Source: Selaginella moellendorffii (taxonomy: Eukaryota > Plantae > Lycopodiophyta). Taken from it: DNA of 64,000 nt. A program made the position numbers and the translations under genes. Position 1 is the first letter of the stretch; every line of letters starts with the position of its first letter. This document shows positions 60,046 to 64,000 of the stretch, in pieces. The notes below the pieces were generated by a model. The model was not told the DNA's origin, ran no database searches, and was given only the letters and a program-made list of their open reading frames with translations. Where the stretch lies: the NCBI RefSeq assembly GCF_000143415.4, contig NW_003314299.1, forward strand, positions 1,223,502 to 1,287,501. The letters are read 5' to 3'.

Positions 60046-61904
60046 ATGGAAGGCTTGAGCAGAAGTGAGCCTTCAGATTCAAGGGGGTTTACACAGGATA
60101 CAGGCCTCCTGGTGAACGATGGCTCGAAGCAGACAAGCACGTATCAGCTGTTGTCGACTAGCACAGAATCAGGGAAGCATTTTTATCGATACGTTGTTTG
60201 GTGCGCCCTTTTGGCATCTCTGAATTCTGTGCTACTTGGATATGGTATGTGTTTTGTTTCTTTACTTAGCATTGAGTTTTAACTTTGTGTCTTCCAGACA
60301 TTGGTATCATGAGCGGAGCAGTCTTGTTCATAAAGGAGGATCTGAAAATTCATGAGCTACAGGAAGAGGTTCTGGTAGGCTCGCTAAACTTGATATCTTT
60401 AGTCGGCGGAGTTTTAGCAGGCAGGCTTTCGGACTCCATTGGCCGAAAGAAAACAATGGCAATAGCTTCCGTCATATTCTTTCTCGGAGCAGGGGTGATG
60501 GGGCTGGCTCCAAATTTTGGTATCTTGCTGGGTGGTCGTATAGTGGCAGGGATAGGAGTAGGATTCGGGCTTATGATAGCACCAGTCTACACTGCAGAGT
60601 TGGCACCAGCAGCAAGCAGGGGTGCTTTGGTTTCGTTTCCAGAGATTTTTATCAACGTGGGAATACTACTGGGATACATTGTCAGCTACTTACTGTCGGG
60701 ATTGTCTGCGGGACTCAGCTGGAGGCTGATGCTCGGGGCAGGATGCATCCCAGCGATCGTTCTGGCTGTTGGTGTTCTTTTCATGCCAGAATCACCGAGG
60801 TGGCTCGTCATGCAAAGCAGAATACCCGAGGCGGAAGTGGTCCTTCTCAAGACCTCGAGAAGCAAGCAGGAAGCGGATGAAAGGCTGGCGGATATAATGG
60901 CAGCCGCGAAGCTCAACCAGCAAGCCGGCAAGAGCCAAGGCGAAGGAGTCTGGAACGAGCTTCTGTGGCCGGTTCCATCCGTGAGAAGGATGGTCATCGT
61001 GGCCTTGGGTATCCAGTTCTTCCAGCAAGCCTCAGGGATCGACGCTCTCGTATACTACAGCCCAGCGGTCTTTAACCAGGCCGGGATCACAAGCAAAGCA
61101 GGAGTTCTGGGAACCACAGTGGCAGTAGGATTCACCAAGACGGCTTTCATTCTCGTGGCAACATCTTTGCTAGATAAAGTCGGCCGGAGGCCACTGCTTC
61201 TCGCGAGCAGCGTCGGGATGGCGGCATCACTGGCGACAGTGGCTCTCGGCTTTGTCTTCTACGACAGTTCCATGGATCCGAGCAAGCATCGCCACCTTCC
61301 AGTCCAGTCCACAGCTAAATCCCCCGGAGGAAGCTCGGACGTAGCTCTAGCTCTGATCATTACCGCCATTTGCGTGTTCATGGCTTCCTTCTCGGTGGGA
61401 TTCGGGCCGATCAACATGGTTCTAAACTCCGAGGTGTTTCCTCTCAGGCTCCGAGCTCAAGCCGTGAGCCTGGGACTGCTCGTCAACCGGCTGGTTAGCG
61501 GCACCATCGGGCTTACGTTCTTGAGCATCTCCGAGGCACTGTCACTGGCCGGGACGTTCTTTCTCTTCGCGGGCATCGCGGCAGCGTCGGTGGTGTTCAT
61601 CTACTTTCTGGTTCCCGAGACCAAAGGGAAGAGTTTGGAGGAGATCGCTGGGATGTTTGAGCGGGAGGGGATGCTCGCTGGATCGCCAGAGCTTGTGGAG
61701 CTTTCTTCATCCGCGGCGGTGGCGGGAGGCCAATCTTTCAAGTACGAGGACGTGGGGAGTGCTCCTCACGAGCACTTGGAAGTGGAGGGTAGCCATGAAG
61801 AAGGTGGTGGGCGGCTTGGGCAGCAAGGAATGTATGATGAAGAATCTCACAAGAAGCTGCTAGCTAAAGTCAAGTTGATTGCTGCGAAACAGGGCAATGT
61901 TTGA
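60046..61904 (+). CDS. Polyol/monosaccharide transporter (MFS sugar porter, PLT/PMT type), 2 exons
   Basis: LLGYDIGIMSGA, SDSIGRK, APVYTAEL, MPESPRWL, QFFQQASGID, PETKGKSLEE. Confidence 0.93.
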
Positions 61905-62481
61905 ACCAAGTGTTTGGGATGATTCAGAATATGGGTGTTTTTATTTTAACTAAATTGTTAAATGAAATTCAAGTTTTGTGTTGATAAATTGTCGGCCAGG
62001 ATTCCAAAGACGTTTTCATAAAAGATATAACAAATCAAAAGGTAATTGTGTGCAATTTAAAAGGTGTAAATAAAAGTATTGTCGGGATTTATTATCACAT
62101 GTCATATACGACTGACATGCGGTTAGGGTTTGACTAGACTTCCATGCACGACCTCCCAACATTGACGGGAACACAACCACGGCAGCAAGTATTATGGAAC
62201 CAGAGGGAATTGCTCATTGAAGTAACACAGATGGAAACATATAGCAAGTGCTTGAATGGCAATTTCCCTTCTCTCCCAAAAGTCCCATGGAAACATATAG
62301 CAAATGCTTGAATGACAACTTCCCTTTTCTTCCAGAAAGTGTCATGTTAAACGACACCCATACTAAAGGGGAAGAAGATGAAAACCCCATCTTTACCGGG
62401 CAACTATCTATCTATTTATATTTACATAATCCCCAGTTTTATTAAAGTAGCTTATAGACATACACACTAGTGCATTTCATT

Positions 62482-63939
62482 TCATGCTCGCTTCTTGAGC
62501 TCGGTGAAAGGATAGACCGAAGAGGTACCGCTGATGAACGCATCCCCAAGCTTGAACGAATCGTAGTGCAGGAAGAAATCCGCAAACAAGATCCTCGTAA
62601 CCAACACCACAAAGTTCTTCCCGGGGCACTGCTTGTTGTCCACGCTGGGCGAGCCCGTCTCGGGGCCATTCGACCAGAAAACATGCTCCAGCAGGCGCTG
62701 CCCCTCCTCCCCCATGAACCTCCGAGGCTTGAACTTCTCGGGCTCCTCAAACACCACCGGGTCGCGCGTCACCAGCGGCTGGTACCCGTACAGCATCTCC
62801 CCGGCCTTGATCTTGAACGCCTCGACGTGCGTCTCAAGGACAAAGTCCACCTTGGCCTTGCCGTACTGCGACTGTACCGGGGGCTCGATGCGCAGCACCT
62901 CGTACACCGTGGACTGCAGCAGCGGCATGGCGCCCAGTGCCGCGGCGTCCACGCCGCCGCGGCCCACGGCACGCCGCACCTCCTCCCGCAGCTCCGCCTG
63001 CAGGTCAAACTCGTCAAAGTCGCTCACATTCTTGAACAGCGCGGGCCACAGAATGGTCAACCCCCCGAAGGTGTTGAAACATATGAAGAAGACGAGGTTG
63101 TGCAGGGCCTCGTCGGGCTCGATACCGTGCGGCACCGCGAGTGACACCGCGCGCTCCCCGTTGGCCTTAAAGAAGCGCACGATCTTCTGGTACTCGGGCG
63201 CCACGATGATGAAAGGTATGGGCGCGGTGTGGAGCAACGGCTCCTGGATCACGGCGGGCAGGCCCGCGTTGAGCACCGGCGCGATCTGCGGCGCGATCCA
63301 CAGCTTGATCCCGGTCTCGGTGAGCGCATTCCCCTCGGTTGCATCCTTGTCCAGCACCGTCTTGGTCAGGAAACGGAGCGCGATCTTCCCCAGCACAGGG
63401 TTGAGCTCCGGTGGATCATCCGGGAGCAGCCCCGAGACAAGTCCGCCCAGCAGCCTCCCGGACTTCTTCGGCTTGTTGAGCTCGGCGTCCCACTCGGCAT
63501 ATCCGGCAGCCGCTGCCGCACGGAGCTCCGGGATCCAACGGTCGTGGTTGCTGCTGAGGATGTCCATGCAGTACGACTTGAGCTGCGCATGCTTGGGCTC
63601 CTCCTGTCCGAGATAGGACAGCACGCGGTAGCCGCCCGTGAATCCGGTGCTCGGGACGTAGGTGCCGGTGAACACATCCTTCTTGCTCACCTTGGTGAGA
63701 TCGAACAGGACAGGGAAGCTCTTCTGATCCAGCAGCGCAATGACTTTGGAATCGGGGAAGAAAGGTGGCCCGGGGGGCATGTTGACGCGGAAGACGGTGC
63801 TCCCGTACTCGTCCCTCCGCTTCTCGAAGAAATTCTTGCCGTAGAAACGGTCCAGCCGATCCAGCACGGAGCCGAGTATGGGTGCGCCATATTCACCAGG
63901 CACGTCGCGCTTCACCTCCAGGTTCCTGTCGTTGCTCAT
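62482..63939 (-). CDS. CYP74 cytochrome P450, allene oxide synthase-like
   Basis: STVFRVNMPPGP, DVFTGTY, YRVLSYL, CFNTFGG, EVLRIEPPV, WSNGPET, NKQCPGK. Confidence 0.95.
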   Translation of the reverse strand: MSNDRNLEVKRDVPGEYGAPILGSVLDRLDRFYGKNFFEKRRDEYGSTVFRVNMPPGPPFFPDSKVIALLDQKSFPVLFDLTKVSKKDVFTGTYVPSTGFTGGYRVLSYLGQEEPKHAQLKSYCMDILSSNHDRWIPELRAAAAAGYAEWDAELNKPKKSGRLLGGLVSGLLPDDPPELNPVLGKIALRFLTKTVLDKDATEGNALTETGIKLWIAPQIAPVLNAGLPAVIQEPLLHTAPIPFIIVAPEYQKIVRFFKANGERAVSLAVPHGIEPDEALHNLVFFICFNTFGGLTILWPALFKNVSDFDEFDLQAELREEVRRAVGRGGVDAAALGAMPLLQSTVYEVLRIEPPVQSQYGKAKVDFVLETHVEAFKIKAGEMLYGYQPLVTRDPVVFEEPEKFKPRRFMGEEGQRLLEHVFWSNGPETGSPSVDNKQCPGKNFVVLVTRILFADFFLHYDSFKLGDAFISGTSSVYPFTELKKRA

Positions 63940-64000
63940 CACTGCAATTGATGCAAAGAAGTGAAGTGTGAGCTGCTAAGAACACACTACTTGAGTACAA

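Noticed and set aside
62231-62330. Two-copy direct repeat (~56-bp period) downstream of CYP74
   Set aside because: Small local duplication with no further structure
62470-63951. Long plus-strand ORFs opposite CYP74 (similar ones occur opposite STIPL)
   Set aside because: Expected antisense shadows of GC3-rich coding sequence

Overview
Gene-dense plant nuclear DNA with very short introns (mostly 45-70 nt), most consistent with the lycophyte Selaginella (inference from gene content and intron size). The first ~16 kb is a ~7.87-kb tandem array: two full units plus the tail of a preceding one. Each unit holds a LINE fragment, an intronless PP2C, an intronless atypical kinase-fold ORF, a decayed GPAT9-like gene and an intronless F-box gene. 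At 16340-18241 (-) lies a gene the ORF track does not show as a unit: a predicted secreted protein built from 16-17 exons, in which every internal exon is tiny (15-84 nt), phase 1-1 and a multiple of 3, including a tandem array of duplicated 69-nt exons. The rest is mostly conserved plant genes: BET3, TFIP11/STIPL, ACBP4 (with a 1.4-kb 3' duplication), VAP4-like, ATG8, a WRC protein, SKA3, an hnRNP F/H-like qRRM protein, DRB2-like, U1-C, PBL27/PBS1-like, SWC2, ZML GATA, a HAD hydrolase, RNR1, a polyol transporter and CYP74. Two paralogous stand-alone HARE-HTH-like genes are also present. All gene models were derived by eye and no database search was run.
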